The notes under the pieces: generated by a model
The model's input: only the letters and a program-made list of their open reading frames with translations
Databases searched by the model: none
What the model was told of the DNA's origin: nothing
Made by a program: the position numbers and the translations under genes
Shown here: in pieces, positions 27,005 through 35,900 of the stretch
How positions within the stretch are numbered: position 1 is the first letter of the stretch
Layout: the number at the start of each line of letters is the position of its first letter
Source: an uncultured delta proteobacterium
GTDB lineage: Bacteria; Desulfobacterota; Binatia; Binatales; Binataceae
Reading direction: 5' to 3'
Length of the DNA stretch: 64,000 nucleotides
Assembly (NCBI GenBank): GCA_963724765.1
Contig: CAVRVY010000004.1
Location: 1,152,001-1,216,000 of the forward strand

Positions 27005-29041
27005 TCAGGCCGAGGCCACCGGGTCCACGGTAACCTCCACGGCGTGCACGCTGGTGCTTTCCCCCATGTCCGACTTGCGCCCGGGATTCAGCACGTTCAC
27101 GTTTCTTTGCCCGGTTTCCTGCTTGGGCCAGCGGCCCTTGTACGACAGCGCGACGCCGCGAGGCAGCGTCTCGGTCAAGGTGACGCGCATCACCAGGCGG
27201 CCGGTTTCATTCGCCACCAACGCCTGGTCGCCCTCGGCGAGACCCCGACCGGCGGCGTCGGCCGGATGCATCGCGATCGCGGCCGGGCCCACGTGGGCCA
27301 CTATCTTGGCCACGTTGGAGAAGCTGTCGTTCAGACTCCATTGCGACGATGGCGACAACAATCGCAGCCGCCCCGACGCCGGTCGGGGATCGGCGAGCGG
27401 CTGCGGAACTCGCGGATGGCCGTCGGCCGCGGCGCTCTCCGAGGCGATTTCGATACGTCCGCTGGGAGTAGGAAAGTTGAGGTCGCGAAATTGGATCGCC
27501 GGCTCGGCGGGAAGGTGCACGGGCGTTCGTGCGGCGAACGCGCGGAAATCCCCGTCGAGCTTTGCACGCTTTAGCAGCGTGACGATCATTTCGGCATCGC
27601 TCTCATGCAGTTCGGGCTCGGTAAAGCCCATCGCGCGGGCCAGACGGCGGAATATTTCCGAATTGGGCAGCGCCTCGCCGATCGGCTCTGCCGCCTTGAC
27701 CTGCGCCGCTAGCGTCAAATGAAAGTAGCTCGCCACGAGATCGTCGAATTCCAGGAAGCTCGCCGCCGGCAGTACAAAGTCGGCAAAGTCGGTGGTGTCG
27801 GTCGGGAACAGATCGAGCACGACGGTCAGCAGGTCTTCCCGCACAAGCGCCTTGCGCAGGCGCTGCTGCTGCGGGTTGGACGCCGCGATATTGATGTTCC
27901 AGCAGATCAAGGCCTGCGCGCGCGCCGGGTCTTCAAGACAGGCCGCGAGGTCCATGTGGCTGATTGACGGAGCGCCGCCCTTGCTCAGATGCGGCGCGGT
28001 CAGATATTCGGCGTCGATCCCGCGTTGCGCCATGTCGAAGTTCAAGTACACGAAACCGGTGCCGGGCTTGCCGATATTTCCGGTGACCGCGGGAAGAATC
28101 GAGCACGCGCGCATCACGTTGCCGCCGGTCGGCTGACGCTGGAGCGCCTGGCCCATCCACAGCAGCGACGGCCCCCGGCCATACAGTTGCGCAACCTCCT
28201 CGATCAGGTGGGCCGGCACGCCGGTCTGAGCTGCGCCCCAAGCGGGAGTACATGGCGCCAGCATCGGTTCGAGTTCGTTCCATCCCACGGTGTGTTGTGC
28301 GACGAAGTCGCGATCGACCAGCCCTTCCCGCTGGATGACGTGCAGCATCGAAAACGCCAGCGCCGCGTCGCTCCCCGGGAACGGTTGAAGATGGATATCC
28401 GCGGCCTTAGCGGTCGGCGTGCGCACTGGGTCGATTACGACCACCTTGCCCGGCAGCTTCTCGATCCAATGCTCCTGCACGTGCGGACCCGAAGCTGAAG
28501 GATTGGCGCCCCATACGATGATACAGGCGGCGGCGTCGCCGATGCGCGGATCGAAGCCGCTCACCGAAGTTCCATAAACGTAGTGCAGGGCCACGTGGCC
28601 GGCCATGTTGCAAATCGTGTCGGGACTGACCTCGGTCGCGCCGAGCCGGTTGAAGAAACGCGTCGGAAAGAGGTATGCGATGAGCGAGATGGTGCCGCTG
28701 TAGTGCGTGTTGAGGATGGCCTGCGGCCCGGCGCTCGCGACGATCCGCTTGAGCCGGTCGGCGATCGCGGACAGCGCAACGTCCCATGACACCGGCTCGA
28801 AGCGGCCCTCGCCCTTGCCTCCGACGCGGCGGAGCGGCCGAGTCAGACGCGCACGCGGGTCCAGCCACTCGTTGTTGTAGCCAATCGAGCATTTGGGGCA
28901 CAACTGGCCCTGGCTTACGAAATGCGCGGGATCGCCGCGTACCGACTCGATCGCGCCGTTGCGCTTATGAACCGCAACACCGCAGGTATCGTAGCAATCG
29001 CGCGGGCAGGTGGTGCGAACGATTTCCTCGAGCTCGCTCAT
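27005..29041 (-). CDS. Cytoplasmic molybdopterin (Mo-bisPGD) oxidoreductase with N-terminal 4Fe-4S site
   Basis: CPRDCYDTC...CPK, RLTRPLRR, putative Mo ligand in TICNMAG, ADFVLPAA and C-terminal MHPADA; no Tat signal; start reassigned to ATG 29041. Confidence 0.92.
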   Translation of the reverse strand: MSELEEIVRTTCPRDCYDTCGVAVHKRNGAIESVRGDPAHFVSQGQLCPKCSIGYNNEWLDPRARLTRPLRRVGGKGEGRFEPVSWDVALSAIADRLKRIVASAGPQAILNTHYSGTISLIAYLFPTRFFNRLGATEVSPDTICNMAGHVALHYVYGTSVSGFDPRIGDAAACIIVWGANPSASGPHVQEHWIEKLPGKVVVIDPVRTPTAKAADIHLQPFPGSDAALAFSMLHVIQREGLVDRDFVAQHTVGWNELEPMLAPCTPAWGAAQTGVPAHLIEEVAQLYGRGPSLLWMGQALQRQPTGGNVMRACSILPAVTGNIGKPGTGFVYLNFDMAQRGIDAEYLTAPHLSKGGAPSISHMDLAACLEDPARAQALICWNINIAASNPQQQRLRKALVREDLLTVVLDLFPTDTTDFADFVLPAASFLEFDDLVASYFHLTLAAQVKAAEPIGEALPNSEIFRRLARAMGFTEPELHESDAEMIVTLLKRAKLDGDFRAFAARTPVHLPAEPAIQFRDLNFPTPSGRIEIASESAAADGHPRVPQPLADPRPASGRLRLLSPSSQWSLNDSFSNVAKIVAHVGPAAIAMHPADAAGRGLAEGDQALVANETGRLVMRVTLTETLPRGVALSYKGRWPKQETGQRNVNVLNPGRKSDMGESTSVHAVEVTVDPVASA

Positions 29042-29055
29042 CGTGAACGCTCCTG

Positions 29056-30483
29056 TTAATTCGGCGCATCGCCCGTGGCTTGCGCGACTTCCGATGCGGG
29101 CTGATTCGCGCCGGCGAATCCGGCAATCCGTTTGCCCCGGGCGCGGATCCAGAACAACCCTATTATCATGTACGCAAGGAATATGTATGGGAAAACGCCA
29201 TACGGCCAAGCAGGGATTGGATATACGCTCCCGACCGCAGGAAACAGCAGCAACAGCGCCGCCGCGCCGGCGAGCGCATAATCGCGGCCGCGAACGATGC
29301 CTTCGTGCTTCAGATATGCGGGCGCCGCGATTGAAACCAGGAAGTATGAGCCGATGAATCCGAACGCGGTCAGAGTTCCGGCGTAACCGACGATGTCGAA
29401 CGGCTGCGTCCCCGGCACCAGCAGCATCGCAGCCGGCACCACGAAGAGCAGCGCGCCCATTATGGTTACCGCGACGTGCGGCGTTTCGTGGGTGTCGTGC
29501 GCGGCGCCGACGGATGAAGGGAGAAGCCCGTGATGGCTCAGCGAGTAGAGAATCCGCGCGCCCGAATTGAGACACGCCAGCCCGCCCGAGAAGCAGCTTA
29601 CGATGACTGCCAGGGACAACGGCACCACCAGCGCGGGCATCCTCACCACCTGGGCCAGGATGTTGAGCGGCGTATCGACCTTATCCAGCGGCGTCTTGTA
29701 ACCGATGAAGCCGAGTATCTCGGTGTAGGAAACCAGCACGAAAAAGAGACCCGTCAGCACCAGGTTTACGATCAGCACGCGCGGAATCGTAACCAGCGGC
29801 TCCTTCGCCTCATCGCCGAAGGCGGTGGCGTTCTCGAAGCCTACCAGACTGAAGACCGCGATATTCACGCCCATCGCGATTCCGGACAGCGAGGATCCTT
29901 TCAGGGTGAGCTGCGCGGTATCCAGCGCGAATTTGTGTTTGGACAGCACCACGGCACAGAGGATCAGAATCATCGTTATCGAGACGGCTTCGAACACCAG
30001 CATCACGATGCTCGAAATCTGTACGTCCTCGTAAGCGAGGAACCAGATTATGAAGCACAGGATCGCAAACATCAGCATGTTCGGTATCTGGAACCCGAGC
30101 ATCCCGAGCAGCGCGTTGCCAAAGATCGCGAAGCCCGCCACCCCGGCGATACCGTCGAAGAGGTAAGCCCAGACCAGGCACCATCCCGAGACCCCGCCGG
30201 TCGTCGCACCGAGTCCCATCACCGTGTAGGTGTGCATGGAACCGGTCGCGGCCGAACGGCGCGCGAACTGGTTCAGATTGAAGGTCACGAACAGCAGCAT
30301 GATCGTTCCGAAGAGGTAAGCGAGCCAGCTTGCATTGCCGGCGTTGGCGTATATCAGCGGAACGATCAGCGCCGCGACGATGGTCGGCCCGATATTCGCC
30401 ACCGAGATCGCCGAGAGCTCGGTGAAGTTGAGGCATCCGGCGCGTAATGCTCCCGCCGCGGCCTTTTTCGAGGAGGTTTCCAT
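29056..30483 (-). CDS. APC-family amino acid/amine permease
   Basis: ANIGPT, FSLVGFE, GDEAKEP, ARILYSL and HETPHVA; about 12 TM helices. Confidence 0.9.
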   Translation of the reverse strand: METSSKKAAAGALRAGCLNFTELSAISVANIGPTIVAALIVPLIYANAGNASWLAYLFGTIMLLFVTFNLNQFARRSAATGSMHTYTVMGLGATTGGVSGWCLVWAYLFDGIAGVAGFAIFGNALLGMLGFQIPNMLMFAILCFIIWFLAYEDVQISSIVMLVFEAVSITMILILCAVVLSKHKFALDTAQLTLKGSSLSGIAMGVNIAVFSLVGFENATAFGDEAKEPLVTIPRVLIVNLVLTGLFFVLVSYTEILGFIGYKTPLDKVDTPLNILAQVVRMPALVVPLSLAVIVSCFSGGLACLNSGARILYSLSHHGLLPSSVGAAHDTHETPHVAVTIMGALLFVVPAAMLLVPGTQPFDIVGYAGTLTAFGFIGSYFLVSIAAPAYLKHEGIVRGRDYALAGAAALLLLFPAVGSVYPIPAWPYGVFPYIFLAYMIIGLFWIRARGKRIAGFAGANQPASEVAQATGDAPN

Positions 30484-30510
30484 AGGACCGTACAATCTAG
30501 TTTCGCGCGA

Positions 30511-30554
30511 TGGCCCGTGCAAAGAGCCACTTTGCTGCGATCTTATAGAGCCAC
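30511..30554. promoter_or_regulatory. Putative MocR operator: AGAGCCAC direct repeat (30523 and 30547) plus inverted-type TGGCCC (30511)
   Basis: Seen in the divergent intergenic region; MocR regulators typically bind combined direct and inverted short repeats. Confidence 0.45.
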
Positions 30555-30662
30555 CTAGCGCATGCGGCCGACCAGGTTGTAATCGGCCTCATCGTGTAAT
30601 TGACTGGCAGCGGCGGGGTTTTGCGCTCGAATTTGCATTCGGGGGCGCCGCCGATATCGGCA

Positions 30663-32147
30663 ATGTTTCTCAAGCTCGATCAGCAAGGGTTGCTCTACAG
30701 CCAGGTTTACCGGGCGCTCCGCCGGCAGATCCTCAGCGGGAGGATGCGTCCGGGCTCGCGCCTGCCGTCGACCAGATGGCTCGCCTCGGAACTTGGGATT
30801 TCGCGCAACACCGCGCTGCTCGCGTACGAGCAGCTAATCGCCGAAGGATACCTGACCGCGGGCTCGCACGCCGGCACGAAGGTGGCCTCGGAACTTCCCG
30901 AGAATCTCACTTTCGTCGCGCCCGACCGGGTCTCTGGCAAACACGCAATCCCGTCCGCGGTCCGGCTATCCAGCTTCGCCTCCGTGATTGCCGACGATCC
31001 GGTCAGTGCGTCATTGATTCGGGAGATACTGCTGCGCCCCGCGTTGCCCTACGATTTTCGCTACGGCCGTCCTTCGTTTGCCGATTTCCCGCATGCGACT
31101 TGGGATCGCACGTTGGCGCGCCGCGCAAGGCGCCGTTCGATTGGCGACCTCGACTACGGAGCACCGGAAGGAATGGCGCCGCTGCGCAAGGAGTTGGCGG
31201 AATATCTGCGCCGCGCACGCGCGGTCAACTGCTCGCCCGAGCAAGTTATTGTTGTGAGCGGCTCACAACAGGCCATCGACCTCGCCGTGTGTGTCCTGAT
31301 CGATCGCGGCGACCGCGTGGTGCTCGAGAATCCGCACTACTTTCCCGCGCGCAACGTATCGCGCGCGGCCGGCGCATCGATCGAATTCGTCGACGTCGAT
31401 GACCAGGGGATGAAGATCGGCGACCTGGCGGCGAAAAGAGGACGGGTCAAGTTGGTCTTCGTCACCCCATCGCATCAGTTTCCCACCGGCGCGCTGATGC
31501 CGCTTGGGCGCAGGCTGGAGCTGCTGGCCTGGGCAAATCGTACCGGCGCGGTCGTTTTCGAGGACGACTACGACAGCGAGTATCGCTATTCCGGCCGGCC
31601 GGTCGAAGCGCTCCAGGCGCTCGACGAGAGCGGCCGGGTGCTGTATTCGGGCACCTTTTCAAAGACGATGTTTCCCGGTTTGCGGCTCGGCTACCTGGTA
31701 GTCCCCAATCAGCTCGTCGATATCTTCCGCTCGGTCAAGTCTTTGCTCGACGCCGCGTGCCCCACGAACACGCAGCTTGCGCTCGCGGAATTCATGCGCG
31801 ACGGCCACTTCGAGCGGCATCTGCGCCGATCGAATGCGCGCAACGCCGAGCGGCGTGCCGTGTTGCTGGAGTCGATCGGCCGCCACCTCGGCGGACGGGT
31901 CGAGGTGTCGGGCGCCGAAGGTGGGCTGCACATTCTGCTCTGGCTGAGCGACATTTCGATGCGCCGCAGCGCCGACGTTGTCGCGCGCGCCGAGCAAGCG
32001 GGGGTGGGTGTTTACCCGGTCGGCCCATTCTACGCGAAGCCGCCCAGGCGCACGGGCCTGTTGCTCGGCTATACTTCGCTCACGGCAAGGGAAATCGCGG
32101 AAGGAATTCGACGGCTGGCGTCAGTGGTCGCCGCGATGAGCGGCTAG
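30663..32147 (+). CDS. MocR/GabR-family regulator (GntR HTH + PLP aminotransferase-like domain)
   Basis: RLPSTRWLASELGISRNT, VTPSHQFPTG, EDDYDSEY and GTFSK...PGLRLGY. Confidence 0.95.
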   Translation: MFLKLDQQGLLYSQVYRALRRQILSGRMRPGSRLPSTRWLASELGISRNTALLAYEQLIAEGYLTAGSHAGTKVASELPENLTFVAPDRVSGKHAIPSAVRLSSFASVIADDPVSASLIREILLRPALPYDFRYGRPSFADFPHATWDRTLARRARRRSIGDLDYGAPEGMAPLRKELAEYLRRARAVNCSPEQVIVVSGSQQAIDLAVCVLIDRGDRVVLENPHYFPARNVSRAAGASIEFVDVDDQGMKIGDLAAKRGRVKLVFVTPSHQFPTGALMPLGRRLELLAWANRTGAVVFEDDYDSEYRYSGRPVEALQALDESGRVLYSGTFSKTMFPGLRLGYLVVPNQLVDIFRSVKSLLDAACPTNTQLALAEFMRDGHFERHLRRSNARNAERRAVLLESIGRHLGGRVEVSGAEGGLHILLWLSDISMRRSADVVARAEQAGVGVYPVGPFYAKPPRRTGLLLGYTSLTAREIAEGIRRLASVVAAMSG

Positions 32148-32255
32148 ATGTGCCGATTAAATGCCATTGGAATAAATGCGATTGATTGATCGATCGCACG
32201 ATTGAAGGGACTCGACCGTGCGGCCAGGAGCTAATAGAGTTACCCTTCTTCAGCA

Positions 32256-33236
32256 ATGAACCAGACAATCAAAGAACCGTTAGCGGAGAACTCGGCGATG
32301 ATCGGCAAGTACATGCGCTACCCTTTCGCCGAGGGCAACTACAGTCTTGCGCTCGGCCTGGTGCCGATGGGCGAGGAGACCTGGCTCGACATCGACGAGC
32401 ACTATGCCGATGAGATGCGCGAAAAGGCGCGCCGCCTGCGCGATGAATACGCGATGGTGTTCTGCGCGATGTCGGGCAGTGAGCGCGGCCAGGCCGAAGT
32501 GCTGGAGATGCTGCTGGAGCATCTGGCCACCTATTATCCGAATTTGTTTCGCATCACGCGCGCCGCGGCTTCGCGGGGCGCGGACGACGGCATCGAGCCC
32601 GACGCCCGCATCGAAAATCTTATCAATGGCGAAATCTGGCGCGTGGGCGACTTCAGCGCCGCGCCGCTCGACCTGGCCGGCCGCCTGGTTCAGGAAGACC
32701 TCTGCCTCATGAGCCCTGACGGCAAGGGCACTTACGTGCTCAGCGCCGGCTCAGTCTGCTTTCCATTGCGCTGGGAGCTGACGGAAAAATTCGGGTTGCC
32801 GATGGCCGGTATTCATCAGGCCGTTCCCGGCTACGATGAGAAGCTCGCGGCCCCGTCCGACCGCTACATGGTGGGACTCAAGGCGCACAAGCCCTCGTGG
32901 CGGTCCAACTGGAGCATCGTCGACGCACCGGACCTCTATTTGAAGCAGCGCCGGTTCAGGCAGGACCGGAACAGCGAGATCACGGCCGTGAACGCCGGCC
33001 ACAAGCTGTGGATTAGATCGGAGCGGCAAAGCCTGCGAAGATTGCCGCGCTCGGGCGATGTGATTTTCACGATCCGAACGTACATTCGGCCACTGTCGGT
33101 GCTGGAGAGCCTTCCGTCCGTGGCGCGAGGCTTAGCTCAGGCGCTCGACAAACTTCCCGCCGAGATGCGCAGCTACAAGAATCAGCTTCCAATCCGCGAC
33201 GCCCTGCTCGCCTACCTAAGCCGTATCAGCGGCTGA
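32256..33236 (+). CDS. DUF3445 heme-dependent oxidative N-demethylase alpha-subunit-like protein
   Basis: LVQEDLCL, CFPLRW...KFG, IHQAVPG, WRSNW, RSERQSLRRLPRSG..IFTIRTY. Confidence 0.85.
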   Translation: MNQTIKEPLAENSAMIGKYMRYPFAEGNYSLALGLVPMGEETWLDIDEHYADEMREKARRLRDEYAMVFCAMSGSERGQAEVLEMLLEHLATYYPNLFRITRAAASRGADDGIEPDARIENLINGEIWRVGDFSAAPLDLAGRLVQEDLCLMSPDGKGTYVLSAGSVCFPLRWELTEKFGLPMAGIHQAVPGYDEKLAAPSDRYMVGLKAHKPSWRSNWSIVDAPDLYLKQRRFRQDRNSEITAVNAGHKLWIRSERQSLRRLPRSGDVIFTIRTYIRPLSVLESLPSVARGLAQALDKLPAEMRSYKNQLPIRDALLAYLSRISG

Positions 33237-33253
33237 GCACTGCCCTGTATAAG

Positions 33254-33275
33254 CCTCTCCTTGTCCAAGGAGAGG
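33254..33275. repeat. Palindromic hairpin between convergent genes (REP-like or terminator)
   Basis: CCTCTCCTTG-TC-CAAGGAGAGG. Confidence 0.55.
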
Positions 33276-33312
33276 TCGCCGGAAGGGACCGCGTCAGTTA
33301 TGTAGAGGTCTC

Positions 33313-33885
33313 TCAGTGCGGCCGCAGGACGGTTGGCGGCGGCGGCGCATCGGTAGTGTCCAGCGCACGCGCCGGGCGCTCTCCCATCACACCAGTCAGA
33401 TACAGGAACACGGTCCAGAAACTGCGCGACCAGGGAAAGCTCACGAACAGGCTGACCATCACGCAGGCTGAAATCACGGCGATTTCCACGATCTGCGGGA
33501 GTGTCGTGAAACCCAGCTCGAGCGCCGCCCACGCCACGATTGCGATGCCGGCGGCGCAGGCCCAATCGATCACGAACGCGCCGAGCCATTCGCCCTGGTC
33601 GACCCAGAAGACCGCATCGCATTGGCTGCATCGCGGATTCATCCTGAAGTAGGAAGCGAAGACCATGCCGCGGCCACATCGCGGACATCGTTTGCCGAAC
33701 GCTCGCCGAACCAGCGTCCATCCCGGCACGCGCGGCTCCACGTCTCCAGCCGCGGCGCGTTGCGCGGCGGCCTCGGCACTGTCCTCACGCGCCATCGCAA
33801 GGGCAAGGATGACGCCGAGCCCCGCCATCATCGCGATAATCCCGAGCGCCGCGATCATCGCGAATATCATCTGAAACTTGCTCAT
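33313..33885 (-). CDS. DUF983-like zinc-ribbon membrane protein
   Basis: KRCPRCGRG..F...CSQC followed by two TM helices; extra N-terminal TM helix. Confidence 0.7.
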   Translation of the reverse strand: MSKFQMIFAMIAALGIIAMMAGLGVILALAMAREDSAEAAAQRAAAGDVEPRVPGWTLVRRAFGKRCPRCGRGMVFASYFRMNPRCSQCDAVFWVDQGEWLGAFVIDWACAAGIAIVAWAALELGFTTLPQIVEIAVISACVMVSLFVSFPWSRSFWTVFLYLTGVMGERPARALDTTDAPPPPTVLRPH

Positions 33886-33926
33886 AGCTGGCCCTGCTTC
33901 TTGCATCTTATCGCGTAGCGCTGCTG

Positions 33927-34724
33927 ATGCTATCCATGAAGGCGATGGCGCCCCGGCTTCACCAGTTCTATGCAATCGCCTTTGAAGAAAATCTGGCGCT
34001 CAGGCAACTCGCCCTGGTTTTTCCGCAAGCGAAGATTTCCCCACATGAGCTATACGCGCCGATCGAGCCGGAAGGCGGCATTTACGCCTTCCCCTTCGGC
34101 GCGGTGGTGGCCTACGACGTGCCGCCCGAGCGCCGCGAAGCCGAACTGGCGCGGCTCTTCCGCATGGGGCCGAAGCTTACCACGCAAGTGATTCGCGAAG
34201 ATTACTCGGTGCTCGAGGATCCCGGCTTCTCCACGGGGATCGTCGAGGGCACGCTCAGAGTCGACCGTCTCACCCCCGCGCGCGCCGGTATCGTTTCGCT
34301 AATCGTGGCGCAGAGCGCGGCAATGGAGTACTACGAGCGAATCGTTGACCGGCTTTCCACTCGCACCGGGAGCTTCGTCGAACGTCTGGAACGGCGCGGA
34401 ACGGTACCGTTGCGCACGCGCCGGCTCTATCGTTTCATCGGTGAGGCCATCTCGACCCGCAGCGAGGTGCTGCAGGTGCTCCATCTGTTGGACAAGCCCG
34501 ACGCGGCGTGGGACGACTCGGAGATGGATCGAATCTACGGCGACCTCAGAGCCGAATTCGACCTGGTCGACCGCTATCGGGCGCTGGAGCTCAAGCTGCG
34601 CGCCGTTCAGGAGGCACTGGAGCTACTGGCGGAAGTCGCGCGCGACCGGCGCGTGCTTTTGCTGGAGATAATCGTCGTCATCCTGATCCTCCTGGAGGTC
34701 GTGATGCCCCTGGTTCGGCTATAG
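33927..34724 (+). CDS. RMD1/DUF155 family protein
   Basis: FPFGAVV, AQSAAMEYYE, EFDLVDR...KL and C-terminal TM LEIIVVILILLEV. Confidence 0.85.
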   Translation: MLSMKAMAPRLHQFYAIAFEENLALRQLALVFPQAKISPHELYAPIEPEGGIYAFPFGAVVAYDVPPERREAELARLFRMGPKLTTQVIREDYSVLEDPGFSTGIVEGTLRVDRLTPARAGIVSLIVAQSAAMEYYERIVDRLSTRTGSFVERLERRGTVPLRTRRLYRFIGEAISTRSEVLQVLHLLDKPDAAWDDSEMDRIYGDLRAEFDLVDRYRALELKLRAVQEALELLAEVARDRRVLLLEIIVVILILLEVVMPLVRL

Positions 34725-34830
34725 ATGACCGTCATCTGGTATTTTTTGCGCATTTGTGACAAATGCGTCCTTCGACAGACGCTCGCAAGGTGTCACATCC
34801 GCAAGGTATCAATCCGATCGAGGTGCTCTT

Positions 34831-35862
34831 ATGCCAACCGATACGCAAAATCCGCGACTGCGCTTTGGCCTCTGGGTCGATTTCCGTAATCCGCCCCAGT
34901 GGCGCCGTCCTTATAAGGACCTTTACGCGGAGACGCTGGAAATGATCGCCTGGGCCGAGAGTATCGGCTACCACGACGTCTGGCTGAGCGAGCATCACTT
35001 CGTTGACGACGGCTACTCGCCTGCGCAGATGCCGATCGCGGCGGCGATTGCGGTCAAGACGAAAAAAATCAGGATCGGCACCTCGGTCGTGCTGCTGCCA
35101 ATGTACGATCCGGTGCGGCTGGCGGAGGATGGCGCGACCGTGGACATCCTTTCGGACGGCCGCTTCGAGCTCGGTGCAGGCCTGGGCTACCGGGCCGGGG
35201 AGTTCGAGGGACTGGGACTGAAATACAAGGAGCGCGCCGGACGGATGAACGAGGCGCTCGAGATCATTCGCCGGCTGTGGGAGGGCGAAACGCTCACTTT
35301 TCACGGCAAGCACTTCCATATTGAAGGAGCACGGGTCTCGCCCGAACCGGTGCAGAAGCCACGCCCTCCGATTTGGGTCGGTGGCTTTGCGGCGGCGGCG
35401 ACCCGGCGCGCGGCGCGCTACGGCGACGGTTTTATCGCGATCAATGAAGTGCGGGCCTCCTACGACAATTACGTGGCCGAGTTGCGCGCGCTGGGCAAAG
35501 ATCCCGCCAAGGCCCACGTCATCGCCGGGCACGTCTGGCTGGTGGTGGCGAACGATCCCGACAAGACCTGGCGCGAACTCGCGCCGCACGTGCTCTATCA
35601 GATCAATCTCTACGCCAAGTGGATGGGTGATTCGGGACAGGACTTCTTTCCGCACCTGAGTTCGGTGGAAGAGCTGCGCAAAAGCGGCTTGCTCAACGTG
35701 GCCACCCCCGCGCAGGCGGTTGAGCTGATTCGCGACTATGCCTCGCGCATCCCGATCGAGCGCTACTACACCTGGACTTGTCCGCCGGGTTATCCGCCGA
35801 AAAAGATGTACGAGCACCTGGAGCTGTTCGCGAGCAAGGTGATGCCGCATTTTCGCGGCTGA
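34831..35862 (+). CDS. LLM-class flavin-dependent oxidoreductase
   Basis: WLSEHHF, YDPVRLAED, PVQKPRPPIWVGG and LELFASKVMPHF. Confidence 0.92.
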   Translation: MPTDTQNPRLRFGLWVDFRNPPQWRRPYKDLYAETLEMIAWAESIGYHDVWLSEHHFVDDGYSPAQMPIAAAIAVKTKKIRIGTSVVLLPMYDPVRLAEDGATVDILSDGRFELGAGLGYRAGEFEGLGLKYKERAGRMNEALEIIRRLWEGETLTFHGKHFHIEGARVSPEPVQKPRPPIWVGGFAAAATRRAARYGDGFIAINEVRASYDNYVAELRALGKDPAKAHVIAGHVWLVVANDPDKTWRELAPHVLYQINLYAKWMGDSGQDFFPHLSSVEELRKSGLLNVATPAQAVELIRDYASRIPIERYYTWTCPPGYPPKKMYEHLELFASKVMPHFRG

Positions 35863-35900
35863 CGATAAGACCGTCGCGTGATCGCCGGCGGCCGGCCCGT

